The notes beneath the pieces are model-generated. The model saw only the letters and a list, made by a program, of their open reading frames with translations, did not search any database and had not been told where the DNA came from. Positions 8,711 to 21,451 of a DNA stretch of 64,000 nt are shown piece after piece. How positions within the stretch are numbered: position 1 is the stretch's first letter; each line of letters begins with the position of its first letter. The stretch comes from Patescibacteria group bacterium. Lineage in GTDB: Bacteria; Patescibacteriota; Patescibacteriia; JACQRZ01. The stretch lies in the NCBI GenBank assembly GCA_038065255.1, contig JBBTRI010000010.1, positions 59,762-123,761 on the forward strand, read 5' to 3'. A program made the position numbers and the translations under genes.

Positions 8711-9565
8711 TTACCGAGTTTTTTTCTTATACGATGCTGGATCAAATATATCTACAAGGGGTTGAATGTCAAATTCATCTGCTGCAACCAGCTGGGTAAA
8801 CCATATAGTTTCAAGAGATGCTTTCTGGCCGGAATCCAAACTATTTATAGATGCCTCACTTATCCCAACAATTGACCCGTTTTGCTTTGCAATAACCCCA
8901 AACCGCACTTCCCAGAAGTCAGAAATAGTTTTATTTGTTGCAGTAAACTTTAGCTTAGAGACAGGTACAAGGCGCGTGACACCACTCTTATCTGACGGTA
9001 TAAAAAGGGTATCTCCGATTGCAATATCACGTTTTTCTGCCATAACTCGCTTCTCTTCGTCAGAAATGAACGACCAGCGCAGATTTCTAAATGAAGCAGT
9101 AAGCGTACCGGCACTTGAAGCAATTCCCATACCAATACCATAGCGTTTTTCACTTGGCAGCAAGAATATGGGAACGGATCGCACTACATTTTCTCCTTGG
9201 AGAAACACAAGATCACCGCGTACATACCAGTTTTCATTCGGATTAATGCAGTATGCATAGGCATTTGCAAGTCCCTCTGCAACTGGTGCCGTTCCCACAG
9301 ATTGAATGATTGGTTCAGCAATAGTCGGCAGCCGGCTTTGCTGCGCAAGGACTTGTTTCACTCCAGAAATATGGGCATCAGTATGCTGAGCTGCCAATAC
9401 GTATATTGAAAGAACAGACCAAAGCGTTCCTAACCAAGTAATACTCGCAAAAACAATAAGCGCAACAACAATGAGTTGCTTTATTTTTTTATAATGCGTT
9501 ACAAACCAATAACTCCTCTGAAGCTCAGCATTGCTTATATCCGGATTGTACTCCTGCATTGCCAT
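8711..9565 (-). CDS. Hypothetical membrane-anchored protein (one N-terminal TM)
   Basis: ORF of 284 aa. Hydrophobic segment LIVVALIVFASITWLGTLWSVLSIYVLAA. No motif recognised. Confidence 0.45.
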   Translation of the reverse strand: MAMQEYNPDISNAELQRSYWFVTHYKKIKQLIVVALIVFASITWLGTLWSVLSIYVLAAQHTDAHISGVKQVLAQQSRLPTIAEPIIQSVGTAPVAEGLANAYAYCINPNENWYVRGDLVFLQGENVVRSVPIFLLPSEKRYGIGMGIASSAGTLTASFRNLRWSFISDEEKRVMAEKRDIAIGDTLFIPSDKSGVTRLVPVSKLKFTATNKTISDFWEVRFGVIAKQNGSIVGISEASINSLDSGQKASLETIWFTQLVAADEFDIQPLVDIFDPASYKKKTR

Positions 9566-9628
9566 ATAGTTGATAGTATATCATATCCTTGACTTTTTTA
9601 CCCTTTTTGCTTATACTATAAGCGCACT

Positions 9629-11689
9629 ATGAAGCATTTTCTTTCACCAATTACGCTTATATTTATCGGCTTTTTTGGATTATACCTGCCTCATGCGTCG
9701 GCGCTTGCACCCGATACTCATTATGTACGCACAGCCAACTATTTTCTCAAAGCTGGCAGAGATATTTATCCTGAAATATACAATGCACTTAGCTCCTATG
9801 ACGTTCTCATTTTGCCCATGGAAGCAGCAGTATATAATAAGGACTTTTTTAACTACGCCCGCTCAAAAAATCCAACCATCACAATCCTTGCTTACGTCCC
9901 TTCTCGCAGTATCAATATCAAAGATATTGACGATGGAGCAGGTATACGAAAAAAGCTCAAGAGTGGCATTCAGAATGAATGGTATCTCAAAGACTCAGCG
10001 GGCTCAATTGTTCGCGCATGGGAATCAACACTGCCGTTAAATGTTACGACGGAATGGAATGTGTATTTGCCGCGATTCGTACATGATACTGTCATGAGCA
10101 CAGGCATGTGGGATGGAATATTGTATGATGAAGTTGATGTAAGTATTTCTTTTTTAAATAATGGCCAGATCGATGCAGATAGCGATGGACATACCGACCA
10201 ATCCGTTTTATTGGATGCTTCTTGGAAGACTGGCATGTCCCAGCTCCTTGTAAATACGCGTGAGCTTTTGGGTAATAACGCACTTATTGTTATCAATGGC
10301 AGCTCGCATCCTGCCTATCAGCAGTATATCAACGGCAGAATGTTTGAAAGCTTCCCTACTCCATGGGAGGGCAACGGTGAATGGCAGGATAGCATGCGCA
10401 GTTATCTTGCACTTTCATCAGCTGCTTTAAGGCCCCCGCTTTTTATTATCAATAGTAATACCGGAAATTCCGGGGAACATACAATATATCAAAAAATCCG
10501 CTTTGGTCTCACCTCGGCACTTATGGGCAATGCATATTTTGGATTTGATTATGGCACGCAAAACCACGGACAGCTCTGGCGATATGATGAATATGACGTC
10601 AACCTCGGAAAACCGTCTACGACTCCCTATGCCATCACTCATTCGATGTCCTCTGAAATGAAGCCTGGGGTATGGCGGAGGGATTTTCAGCAAGGGACAG
10701 TACTTACAAATTCATCATCTCAGCTTGCAAACGTAGATCTTGATGGAGATTTCGAAAAAATTCGTGGACCTCAGGACCCCGAAGTAAATAACGGATCAAT
10801 TGTTTCCAGTATTTCTCTCAGTCCTTCTGACGGTGTTATTCTCTTGCGTCCTCTATCAACAATCAACAATGCACCTTATTACAATGGCTCATTTGCGCGT
10901 GTATTTGATCAGCGCGGAAACGTACGCCGTAATGGTTTTTTTGCGTATGACTCATCCATCCGCGGATCTGTTGTTGTTTACCAGTCTACACTTCAGACGA
11001 GTATTGCGAGTATTCATGCCGAGAAAGGAACATTGCGAATAACTAAATCAGATGGAACAAGTAGTCAGTTCAAACCATTCGGACAAAATTGGAATGGTGA
11101 TCTAAATATTGCTATTGACTCAGCAAACCCCGAAAAACCAATAATCTATGCGAGTAGGGAATATCCGGAAAACGGCACTGTCAAGAAAAAAACAGTGAAA
11201 GGCGAGCCAAGCGGAATTGGAGTATTTGAAACCGACGGTACGCGACGCGCCGTATTATACCCACTTGGTAAAAAGTTTTTTGGATCGTTACGACTAGCGA
11301 TTGGCGATTTGAATAATGACAGCTCAAAGGAATTGGTTGTTTCAACGGGTGCGGGAACAAGCCCCGTTGTGCGTATATTTGACGCTCATGGTAGACTACT
11401 AAGCGGAGGATTTTACGCGTATCAGCCTACCTTTACGGGTGGCGTTTCGGTGGCAGTGGCCCATTTCGACTCAAGTGGCTATGGCACAATAGTTACATCG
11501 CCCGGAAAGGGTGGATCTCCCTTGGTTCGCGTATTCGACGGTAAGGCCCATCCCCTAAATCCGGGGTTTATGGCGTTTTCACCCGCAAACAAAGGAGGTA
11601 TCAGAGTGCTTGCTACAGATGTTAACGGCGATAATAGGGATGAGATCATTGCTACAACAGCAAAGGTTTTTACCTATGCACTGAAATAA
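9629..11689 (+). CDS. Secreted protein: putative glycoside-hydrolase-like (GH114/GHL-type TIM-barrel) N-terminal domain with C-terminal FG-GAP-like repeats
   Basis: Signal peptide MKHFLSPITLIFIGFFGLYLPHASALA. DGILYDEVD resembles the GH114 DGvfLDnvD motif. C-terminal repeats VVSTGAGTSPVVRIFDAHG / IVTSPGKGGSPLVRVFDG are FG-GAP-like. Confidence 0.45.
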   Translation: MKHFLSPITLIFIGFFGLYLPHASALAPDTHYVRTANYFLKAGRDIYPEIYNALSSYDVLILPMEAAVYNKDFFNYARSKNPTITILAYVPSRSINIKDIDDGAGIRKKLKSGIQNEWYLKDSAGSIVRAWESTLPLNVTTEWNVYLPRFVHDTVMSTGMWDGILYDEVDVSISFLNNGQIDADSDGHTDQSVLLDASWKTGMSQLLVNTRELLGNNALIVINGSSHPAYQQYINGRMFESFPTPWEGNGEWQDSMRSYLALSSAALRPPLFIINSNTGNSGEHTIYQKIRFGLTSALMGNAYFGFDYGTQNHGQLWRYDEYDVNLGKPSTTPYAITHSMSSEMKPGVWRRDFQQGTVLTNSSSQLANVDLDGDFEKIRGPQDPEVNNGSIVSSISLSPSDGVILLRPLSTINNAPYYNGSFARVFDQRGNVRRNGFFAYDSSIRGSVVVYQSTLQTSIASIHAEKGTLRITKSDGTSSQFKPFGQNWNGDLNIAIDSANPEKPIIYASREYPENGTVKKKTVKGEPSGIGVFETDGTRRAVLYPLGKKFFGSLRLAIGDLNNDSSKELVVSTGAGTSPVVRIFDAHGRLLSGGFYAYQPTFTGGVSVAVAHFDSSGYGTIVTSPGKGGSPLVRVFDGKAHPLNPGFMAFSPANKGGIRVLATDVNGDNRDEIIATTAKVFTYALK

Positions 11690-11697
11690 TATCACCT

Positions 11698-13617
11698 ATG
11701 TCTAATACCAACGTTGAATTTGACTGCTCCCATGACCCTAGCAATCCGGATCACCTCCTCTGCATTCAAAATAACAAAGCAAATAACCTGAAGCTTCCCG
11801 AAGAGAGCAGGAATGGATCAAGCATACCGGCAATAGAAATTAAAGATGTTTCGATTGATCAAGAAGCAGCTCGAACATTCATTGATATTCTCAAAGATCG
11901 CTACAATACCTATTATCATCCAAATAGAAAGCAATTCCTGATCCATTGGATAGTTGATATTTCACTGGCAGTTCTCACACTGGTATTGATTGCTTTCATT
12001 GCTTATATCCAACTTATCGGACCACTTTTTTCTTCACAGTTAGTACTCAAGTTTACCCAAGATACTCCGACAATCATAAGTGGAGCTGTTGCTAGTTTTA
12101 CATTAACAATAAAAAATACTAACGGCACTTCAATCAGTAATCCGGTGCTTTCAATTAATGTACCGCGCTATTTTACCATTCTTGAACCAGTATCAGATTC
12201 ACCTGCGCAAACTGTTACACTCCCCCTTCCAAACATCATTCGAAAAAATGAAACACTCACCATTCATATCAAAGGCACTATTGCAGGTGAAATCCATGAG
12301 CGGCAAAGCATTACGGCATCAGCAAAAGGAGAGCTTCCTGATGGGTCAGTTAGTGATTCTGTTGCAGAAATTCTTACCTATGAAATTTCTGATAGCGCAC
12401 TCGAAATAGGCACCGATTTCCCTGATCGCATTATCCTTCTCAATACTTTTGAAGGAGGGGTTATCATTACGAATAGGTCTTCTGTTGAAATTCAAGACAT
12501 TGTAGCTTTTATAGATATGCCATCAAGTTTTGTTGGAAAGCCCAATAATGACGCTCAAAAAGAAATACGAATACCTTTAATAGAGCCCCACGAAAGCTAT
12601 CAATTGCCAATCAAGGGTTCAATCAATCGCAGTTCCCAAGACCGCAGTGTCGATATATCGCTTTCTCTTAAGAGAAATGGACAAGCAATTATACAGCGTA
12701 GGTCGGAGTTATTACTCCCCATAGAAAAAAATGACCTTGCTATCGAGCTAGGCTTTCAGAACAAACCGACATCACTTGCTCCAGGCACGCCCTACAATGT
12801 GAATCTCACATGGAAAAACACTTCAAACACAGAACTTTCCAACATACAACTTGGTATTGACCTTGAGGGGTATGGCATAACATCCGACTCACTCATAAGC
12901 GCTACAGCACTACAGCCAACGCCATTTCGCAGGTTGTGGACACGGAATCAAGTATCAAAACTCGACATTCTAAAGCCTGGTGAAGAACATGCGCTTCAAT
13001 TTAATCTCAAACCATCAGATGTTCATAGCATTCGCGATCTTGCCGGTGATTCAAAGCTTGAAATTACTATGAAGCCCTTTGCATCATATTTCAGTAAAAA
13101 TGTTAAGTACACTGTTACGGATACTCCTATCCATATGCCGATTGATACTCAAGCTTCAATAAAGGGATCCATACGCTACTATTCTCCGGAGGGCGATCAG
13201 ATTGGCCGAGGCTCCCTACCGCCACGCAGCGGAAAAACAACGCGGTATGTTTTCTTTATTTCTGCCTCATCGTCTATTCATCCGTTAGAGAACGCCGTAC
13301 TAAAGGCTGTTGTATCCCAGAATACTACCATTGCCACAATACTTCCCACCCTGCATGGAGAAAGTTCTTATGATAAGAAATCTAACACTATTACATGGCA
13401 TATTGGAACGCTCAGTGCAACCCTTGCTCAACCGGAGCGCCAAGTAGGTCTTGCTGTGCAAATTGATTATACGCCTCTCACTGATGCAAGCACGGGGCCA
13501 TCCGGTATCATCAAAGAAATTATTCTTACTGGCACAGATGCGATCACGCATGCACCCATTAGTGTTTCTGCTGATATCAATTCGCTCCCGGTTGATGTAA
13601 AGCGATTGTCAAATTAA
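11698..13617 (+). CDS. Membrane-anchored surface protein with repeated Ig-like (DUF11/CARDB-like) segments
   Basis: 639 aa. TM helix at aa ~85-110. Repeated segments with the pattern 'TLTIKNTNGTSISNPVLSINVP', rich in beta-strands. No catalytic motif. Confidence 0.45.
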   Translation: MSNTNVEFDCSHDPSNPDHLLCIQNNKANNLKLPEESRNGSSIPAIEIKDVSIDQEAARTFIDILKDRYNTYYHPNRKQFLIHWIVDISLAVLTLVLIAFIAYIQLIGPLFSSQLVLKFTQDTPTIISGAVASFTLTIKNTNGTSISNPVLSINVPRYFTILEPVSDSPAQTVTLPLPNIIRKNETLTIHIKGTIAGEIHERQSITASAKGELPDGSVSDSVAEILTYEISDSALEIGTDFPDRIILLNTFEGGVIITNRSSVEIQDIVAFIDMPSSFVGKPNNDAQKEIRIPLIEPHESYQLPIKGSINRSSQDRSVDISLSLKRNGQAIIQRRSELLLPIEKNDLAIELGFQNKPTSLAPGTPYNVNLTWKNTSNTELSNIQLGIDLEGYGITSDSLISATALQPTPFRRLWTRNQVSKLDILKPGEEHALQFNLKPSDVHSIRDLAGDSKLEITMKPFASYFSKNVKYTVTDTPIHMPIDTQASIKGSIRYYSPEGDQIGRGSLPPRSGKTTRYVFFISASSSIHPLENAVLKAVVSQNTTIATILPTLHGESSYDKKSNTITWHIGTLSATLAQPERQVGLAVQIDYTPLTDASTGPSGIIKEIILTGTDAITHAPISVSADINSLPVDVKRLSN

Positions 13618-13634
13618 GATATATGGGGTATAAT
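13606..13634 (+). promoter_or_regulatory. Sigma70-type promoter for gyrB (TTGTCA-17-TATAAT)
   Basis: TTGTCA at 13606-13611, 17-nt spacer, TATAAT at 13629-13634. It lies 36 nt upstream of the gyrB ATG. Confidence 0.5.
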
Positions 13635-13666
13635 TACACCAGCGTTTGATTAACGTTGTATTTTAG

Positions 13667-15697
<2,031 letters not shown>

Positions 15698-15764
15698 TGT
15701 TCTGCTTCATTATTTTCATGAGACTGTGTATACTTTATACTATAACTGTATAATAATTTAGTAT

Positions 15765-16913
15765 ATGGTAAAACACACACTTGCATGGGCACTTCTTGTA
15801 ATGACATCGCTTGGAGCAGTGTATAGCATGTCACATGCAGCTACCCAGGCAGACTCTACATTTGAATCTACGATACAAACACCAATTATTACTCCTCCAC
15901 CGCAAAAGCCTGTTCGAGAAGAAAGCGGTCTTGAGTATTTTAGATTTCGTAATGGCTACCTTGAGTGGAAAATACAGCATATCTATTCGAAATATGATCT
16001 AACGAAAGAAAAATTTGCTATCCGTTGTTATGGAAGAACAAAATATTTAGACTTGAAAAGAAAGGACTTCATAGAAGAAATTAATAATGAGTTTAGCGGA
16101 CTTCTTACTATGACTCCTGAAGATGAAGAAGGATATGCCGAAGGAAGAGCTTCAATAACTCTGCGCCCTACTGAAATGCGGTATAATCTTATCTGCGGAT
16201 GGTTTTCCAAAGAAATTACAGTTACCCCTCGAGATTGGCCAAGTAATATTTATGCTAAGGAATTTAAGACACTTAACGAAATAACAGCTAGCAGCAAAGC
16301 TGCCGGACTGACAGCTAGTTCAGCCAAGGAAAAATCAGCTACAAAAAAATATATTTCTTCGTCGAAAGGAATAGCTGACAAAAATACTGCACGGCTCTCA
16401 GAAAGTATTCAGAAACCAAAGCCTATTCCAGATGAATATGTTGCCATTGCTTCGGCTGGTGGTCGGTTAACAACAAAATTAATCCCTGGCTCAAAAGATG
16501 CCATCATTGCAGCATTCACCCTGACTGCAAAGAAAAAAATGCGCATCAAAGCAATTACATTTAATTATACTCCCTCACTGCCACCATGGAAAAAGGCTCG
16601 GATTACAATTGATGGCAAAGATCCGGACTCTATGGATGCTTCAGGTGGCAAAAATCAGCTTCACTGGTCTGGCTTGGGAGACTATGGTCTTTTTGATACA
16701 GTAATGCCGGGAAAACACCTCATAGAGATAAAAGCTTGCATTAAAAACCCGAAGGGAAAATCTACACCAATTGCATTTAAAGTGACGGGTATTGTTGGAG
16801 TAACGGGTTTGGGAAGTAAAATTAAATTAAAATCTCCTGTACAGCTTCAAACGCATACCGTTCCATACAACAAAGACCGCACAAAAAAGGAAGACGAATA
16901 CCTCTGTCCTTAG
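15765..16913 (+). CDS. Hypothetical secreted protein (signal peptide)
   Basis: N-terminus MVKHTLAWALLVMTSLGAVYSMSHAATQA. 382 aa. Lys-rich with no motif. Confidence 0.45.
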   Translation: MVKHTLAWALLVMTSLGAVYSMSHAATQADSTFESTIQTPIITPPPQKPVREESGLEYFRFRNGYLEWKIQHIYSKYDLTKEKFAIRCYGRTKYLDLKRKDFIEEINNEFSGLLTMTPEDEEGYAEGRASITLRPTEMRYNLICGWFSKEITVTPRDWPSNIYAKEFKTLNEITASSKAAGLTASSAKEKSATKKYISSSKGIADKNTARLSESIQKPKPIPDEYVAIASAGGRLTTKLIPGSKDAIIAAFTLTAKKKMRIKAITFNYTPSLPPWKKARITIDGKDPDSMDASGGKNQLHWSGLGDYGLFDTVMPGKHLIEIKACIKNPKGKSTPIAFKVTGIVGVTGLGSKIKLKSPVQLQTHTVPYNKDRTKKEDEYLCP

Positions 16914-17025
16914 ACACATAGCTCTCTTGACTCCTGCCCTTGACAGTATTGAATCCTATGATATGATGGCTAGTGAAGGCCAGTGGCCTTTTTAAATTAC
17001 GCAAAATCTTATTGCAACCATACGT

Positions 17026-17223
17026 ATGAATGCAGCATTTCAAAAAACAAAACAGTATTTTATAGAATCATACCAGGAGCTCAAGCGCGTTGTCTGGCCT
17101 ACCCGGTCTCAAACAATCAATCACTCGCTAATTGTCATTTTTTTCAGTATCGGTGTCGCAATATTTTTGGGTGCTCTGGATATTGTCTTTAATTTTGGGA
17201 TTCAAAAACTGCTTCTTAAATAA
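17026..17223 (+). CDS. secE: Preprotein translocase subunit SecE
   Basis: 65 aa with a single C-terminal TM. ELKRVVWPTRSQTINHSLIVIFFSIGVAIFLGALD is the typical SecE. It sits immediately upstream of nusG. Confidence 0.75.
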   Translation: MNAAFQKTKQYFIESYQELKRVVWPTRSQTINHSLIVIFFSIGVAIFLGALDIVFNFGIQKLLLK

Positions 17224-17247
17224 CCATATTTCACCAATTATTTCTGT

Positions 17248-17793
17248 ATGCCAAAACAAGTTTCAGATCAATTGCCGCGATGGTATGCAATTCATACCTA
17301 CTCGGGTTACGAAGAAAACGTCGTACGCAACCTCAAACAGCGTATTGAGTCTATGGATATGGAAGAACTCATATTTGACGTTCTTATCCCGACTGAAAAA
17401 AGAATTAAGATTAAGAATGGCAAGCGAAAAGTTATTACAGAAAAAATCTTTCCCGGGTATGTACTCGTTCGCATGATTGTAACAGATGAATCATGGTATG
17501 TTGTACGTAATACGCCAAATGTTACCGGTTTTATTGGAAGTGGCACTACACCAAACCCGATCTCTGACCAGGAAATGGAATATTTGCAAAAACGCATGGG
17601 CCTTGAAGAACCGAAGTACAAAATTGACCTGACTGTATCTACGCCAGTCCGTATCGTTGACGGACCTTTCAAGAATTTTGAGGGTAAAATTACTGAAGTT
17701 GATGAAGAACGAGGCAAAATTAAAGTACTCGTTACTATTTTCGGTCGCGAAACACCAGTTGAGCTTGATTTCTTACAAATAAAGAAGATATAG
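17248..17793 (+). CDS. nusG: Transcription termination/antitermination factor NusG
   Basis: N-terminus WYAIHTYSGYEENV (NGN domain). C-terminal KOW motif (GPFKNFEGKITEVD). Confidence 0.9.
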   Translation: MPKQVSDQLPRWYAIHTYSGYEENVVRNLKQRIESMDMEELIFDVLIPTEKRIKIKNGKRKVITEKIFPGYVLVRMIVTDESWYVVRNTPNVTGFIGSGTTPNPISDQEMEYLQKRMGLEEPKYKIDLTVSTPVRIVDGPFKNFEGKITEVDEERGKIKVLVTIFGRETPVELDFLQIKKI

Positions 17794-17867
17794 ACTAACT
17801 AACTCAGGCGATTAGTGATCGATGCCTCTCGCTCTCATATCGTCATCAAATCATCATACATCTCTCT

Positions 17868-18299
17868 ATGGCTCCTCCAAAAAAAATAAAAGCTCTTATC
17901 AAATTGCAAATTCCGGCAGGCAAAGCAAATCCAGCACCACCAATCGGTCCTGCATTGGGTCAGCATGGCTTGAATATTGCAGAATTTTGCCAAAAATTTA
18001 ATGCAGCAACTCAGAAACTTGGTGATGATATTACCCCCGTTGTTATCACTGTCTATGAAGACCGTACCTATACCTTTATCCTCAAAACGTCCCCTACGGC
18101 AGAGTTGATTAAAAAAGCAGCAGGCATTCCAAAGGGTTCAGGTAAACCGCTTACCGAAAAAGTTGGGTCCATAACAAAAGCGCAAGTAAGGGATATTGCG
18201 GAAAAGAAAATGTGCGATCTCACTGCGAGGACTATTGAAGCTGCAATGAGTATGGTAGAAGGAACAGCTCGCCAAATGGGCGTTGAGATTAAAGTATAA
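17868..18299 (+). CDS. rplK: 50S ribosomal protein L11
   Basis: [35 protein letters not shown] is the canonical L11. Confidence 0.9.
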   Translation: MAPPKKIKALIKLQIPAGKANPAPPIGPALGQHGLNIAEFCQKFNAATQKLGDDITPVVITVYEDRTYTFILKTSPTAELIKKAAGIPKGSGKPLTEKVGSITKAQVRDIAEKKMCDLTARTIEAAMSMVEGTARQMGVEIKV

Positions 18300-18353
18300 T
18301 GTTTATTCATATCTGTGGGAGGTTAACCAAACCGCTCGTACCACCAAAAATCT

Positions 18354-19043
18354 ATGCGAAAGCAATCAAAAAAGTTTAAATCATGCATCTCTGATATCGA
18401 TCTAGATAAATCATATTCACCCCAAGAGGCTTTTGAGCTTGTTAAGAAATGCTCCTATGAGGAATTTGACGCGAGTGTAGAGGTTCATGTACGCACGGGT
18501 ATTGATCCCCGAAAAAGCGATCAGACAATCCGAGGATCCATCATGCTGCCGAACGGTATTGGCAAAACAAAGCGTGTTGTTGTTTTTGCGGAAGGAGAGA
18601 AAGCTGCAGAAGCTCTAAAAAATGGTGCCGCTCGAGTGGGTGGTGTTGAACTTATCCAGGAAATCAAACAGTCGCAAAAAATCGATTTCGATGTTGCCGT
18701 TGCAACTCCAGACATGATGAAACATTTAGCTCAAGTTGCAAAAATCCTTGGTCCAAAAGGACTAATGCCTTCGCCAAAGAACGAAACAGTCACAACAAAT
18801 ATCACCAAAACACTGGAGGAAATTACAAGAGGTAAAATTAACTTTAAAAATGATGATACGGGCAATGTACACCAAGTCATAGGCAGACGATCATTTGATG
18901 CTGATAAGCTTGCAGAAAATTACCAAGCCTTTATTGACAGTCTTCGTAAGGCAAAACCATCAACGGCAAAAGGAACGTTTATCGTGGCAGTCAGCGTATC
19001 GTCAACCATGGGACCGGGTATCCATATCAATCCCGCTGCTTAA
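18354..19043 (+). CDS. rplA: 50S ribosomal protein L1
   Basis: 229 aa, following rplK. VHVRTGIDPRKSDQTIRGS and KILGPKGLMPSPK are L1 motifs. Confidence 0.9.
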   Translation: MRKQSKKFKSCISDIDLDKSYSPQEAFELVKKCSYEEFDASVEVHVRTGIDPRKSDQTIRGSIMLPNGIGKTKRVVVFAEGEKAAEALKNGAARVGGVELIQEIKQSQKIDFDVAVATPDMMKHLAQVAKILGPKGLMPSPKNETVTTNITKTLEEITRGKINFKNDDTGNVHQVIGRRSFDADKLAENYQAFIDSLRKAKPSTAKGTFIVAVSVSSTMGPGIHINPAA

Positions 19044-19059
19044 CTCTTGAAGGATACAT

Positions 19060-20556
19060 ATGTATCGCACGACGATTGGACTGGAAATACATATTCAGCT
19101 CAACACAAAGTCGAAGATGTTTTGTCGTTGCTCAAATGATGGAGAAAACCAGCCACCGAATACGACTATTTGTTCAGTGTGTCTTGGACATCCGGGTACT
19201 CAGCCTGTCATAAACAGACAGGCCGTTCTCTCATCTGCACGCATGGCTCTTGCCTTGAAGTGCACTATTAATGATGTCAGTAAATTTGATAGAAAGAATT
19301 ATTATTATCCCGATTTGCCAAAAGGATACCAGATTTCCCAATACGATCAACCCATCGGAGTTGCCGGGCATATTACTATTCTCCTACCGGACGAAAACGG
19401 ACGAACAGACATGAGAGTCCGTATCAACAGGCTTCATCTTGAAGAAGATGCGGCAAAACTTCTCCACGCCGCAGAACTTGGCGCAAGTCTTGTTGATTTT
19501 AATCGTTGCTCAACACCTCTCATGGAAGTTGTCACAGAGCCAGACATACGAACACCGCTAGAAGCCAAACTATTTTTACAGGAATTAAGACTTCTTGCCC
19601 GGTATTTGGGCGTTTCCCAAGCAGATATGGAGAAAGGGCATTTGCGCTGCGATGCCAATGTTTCTGTTCAACTTGACGTTGATGGCGTTGAGGTGACTAC
19701 TCCTATTTCAGAAATTAAAAATCTCAACTCATTCAAAGCGGTAGAACATGCGCTTCACTATGAATCTCAACGCCTGTATAATGATTGGATGGATGGCGGA
19801 GAAACTCGTAACCGAACAAATAAGATCACTGTTGGTTGGAATGACGATACGTCAACAACAACCCTTCAACGCGGCAAAGAAGAGGCTCACGATTACCGAT
19901 ATTTTCCAGAACCGGATCTACCTCCTTTGAGATTTACCGACAAACTTAGAGCGGAACTTCTAGCAACCATCCCCGAACTTCCCGCACAACGCCGCATGCG
20001 TTTTTGTGAGGAATACGGCCTTTGTGAGCCCGAATGCAAGATCCTTGTTGAAGATAAGTTCCTTGGAGATTTCTATGAAAAAAGTGCATCAGAGCTTTCT
20101 GAATGGCTTTCAACCAGGCAAAAAAATTCTATAGATGCATACAAACTCCTTGCTGCATGGCTTATCAACAAGCTCTCGGCACGATTATACGACAAAACAC
20201 TATCAATTCAATCTCTCACGCTAACACCTGAGAATTTTGCTGAACTTGTATCACTGATTGCAGAAGGTGCAATCAATAGCTCTGTCGCTCAAATGCTTCT
20301 TGATCGTATTTTAGATTCCAATGAAAGCCCTCGGGTTATCGTACGAGATGAACACCTTGAGCAAGTTACTGACACTGGCCTTATTGAGCAGACAGCACAG
20401 AAAATCATTGAGCAAAACCCGGATGCAGTTGCAAATTATCGCAGCGGAAAAATAACGGTCATTATGTATCTTGTTGGACAGGTCATGCTCGAAATGAAAG
20501 GCAAAGCACAACCTGACCTTATCAAATCAACGCTCGAAAAGCTCCTGATTCGTTAA
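19060..20556 (+). CDS. gatB: Asp-tRNA(Asn)/Glu-tRNA(Gln) amidotransferase subunit B
   Basis: N-terminus TTIGLEIHIQLNTKSKMFCRCSN. 498 aa. The C-terminal GatB/YqeY domain is present. Confidence 0.9.
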   Translation: MYRTTIGLEIHIQLNTKSKMFCRCSNDGENQPPNTTICSVCLGHPGTQPVINRQAVLSSARMALALKCTINDVSKFDRKNYYYPDLPKGYQISQYDQPIGVAGHITILLPDENGRTDMRVRINRLHLEEDAAKLLHAAELGASLVDFNRCSTPLMEVVTEPDIRTPLEAKLFLQELRLLARYLGVSQADMEKGHLRCDANVSVQLDVDGVEVTTPISEIKNLNSFKAVEHALHYESQRLYNDWMDGGETRNRTNKITVGWNDDTSTTTLQRGKEEAHDYRYFPEPDLPPLRFTDKLRAELLATIPELPAQRRMRFCEEYGLCEPECKILVEDKFLGDFYEKSASELSEWLSTRQKNSIDAYKLLAAWLINKLSARLYDKTLSIQSLTLTPENFAELVSLIAEGAINSSVAQMLLDRILDSNESPRVIVRDEHLEQVTDTGLIEQTAQKIIEQNPDAVANYRSGKITVIMYLVGQVMLEMKGKAQPDLIKSTLEKLLIR

Positions 20557-21451
20557 TGTGTTCGCGAATTTCATCTATCGAAGAGCACCAGTGGATATTT
20601 TCCTTACTACGGAACCATATGAGCTGTCTTCGTGCGAAATCATGAATGGCAAATTTAAGTTTTTGAACCATCTCATTTTTTTCTGAAATGCTTCCATTGC
20701 AATTGCAGAGATATCGAGAAATATAGCGATACTCCAAGCCAAGTTGTTCCAGCCACTCATGAGAAATACCTAACGACAACAGCCTCTCAACCTCTTCAAT
20801 CATCCCCTGTTCAAGGCGGCTGTCAACACGTGCATCGATTCTTGCATAGAGTACGTCACGAGGCATCTCAATACCAACTATCATTGACCTATACATATCT
20901 TCTCCCTTGTGTTGGAATTCAGAAAATGGTTTTCCTGTTAAATGAAATACTTCAAGGGCTCTAATAAGCCGGCGTTTGTTATTTTTATCAACTACCTCGA
21001 AGTGTCTTGGATCAACACGTTCAAGCTCTCGACAGAGATCATCAGTACTTCTTCGCTCAAGCATCGCTCGATAATTGATATCCTGATCAACGTTTGGCAG
21101 TTGGTAGTTTTCAATAACCGCATCAAGATAGAGAGCAGATCCTCCAACTAATAGGGGGGTCTTTCTCTTAGTATATATGGCCTCAATTGCAGTGTCAGCA
21201 AGCTCCTTATAATCCGCAACAGTAAAGCGGCTACCAGCTTTGATGACATTCAAAAGATAATGAGGCACTCCACCCATTTCATTTTCAGTAACTTTACCAC
21301 TGCCAATGTCAAGACCTTCGTACACTTGCCGTGAATCAGCAGATACTATTTCACCGTTGTACTCATGTGCAATCTCAACACCCCATGATGATTTTCCGCT
21401 TGCAGTAGGGCCAAGAATAACAATAAGGTGGATATCAGACTTTCGTACCAT
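20522..21451 (-). CDS. miaA: tRNA dimethylallyltransferase
   Basis: P-loop ILGPTASGKSS. ADSRQVYEGLDIGSGKVT matches the MiaA substrate-binding region. Confidence 0.9.
   Translation of the reverse strand: MVRKSDIHLIVILGPTASGKSSWGVEIAHEYNGEIVSADSRQVYEGLDIGSGKVTENEMGGVPHYLLNVIKAGSRFTVADYKELADTAIEAIYTKRKTPLLVGGSALYLDAVIENYQLPNVDQDINYRAMLERRSTDDLCRELERVDPRHFEVVDKNNKRRLIRALEVFHLTGKPFSEFQHKGEDMYRSMIVGIEMPRDVLYARIDARVDSRLEQGMIEEVERLLSLGISHEWLEQLGLEYRYISRYLCNCNGSISEKNEMVQKLKFAIHDFARRQLIWFRSKENIHWCSSIDEIREHINESGAFRALI

Noticed and set aside
16936-16963. Candidate promoter TTGACA-16-TATGAT upstream of secE
   Set aside because: It is plausible, but it lies within an A/T-rich region with several alternative hexamers, so the support is insufficient to list it as a feature.
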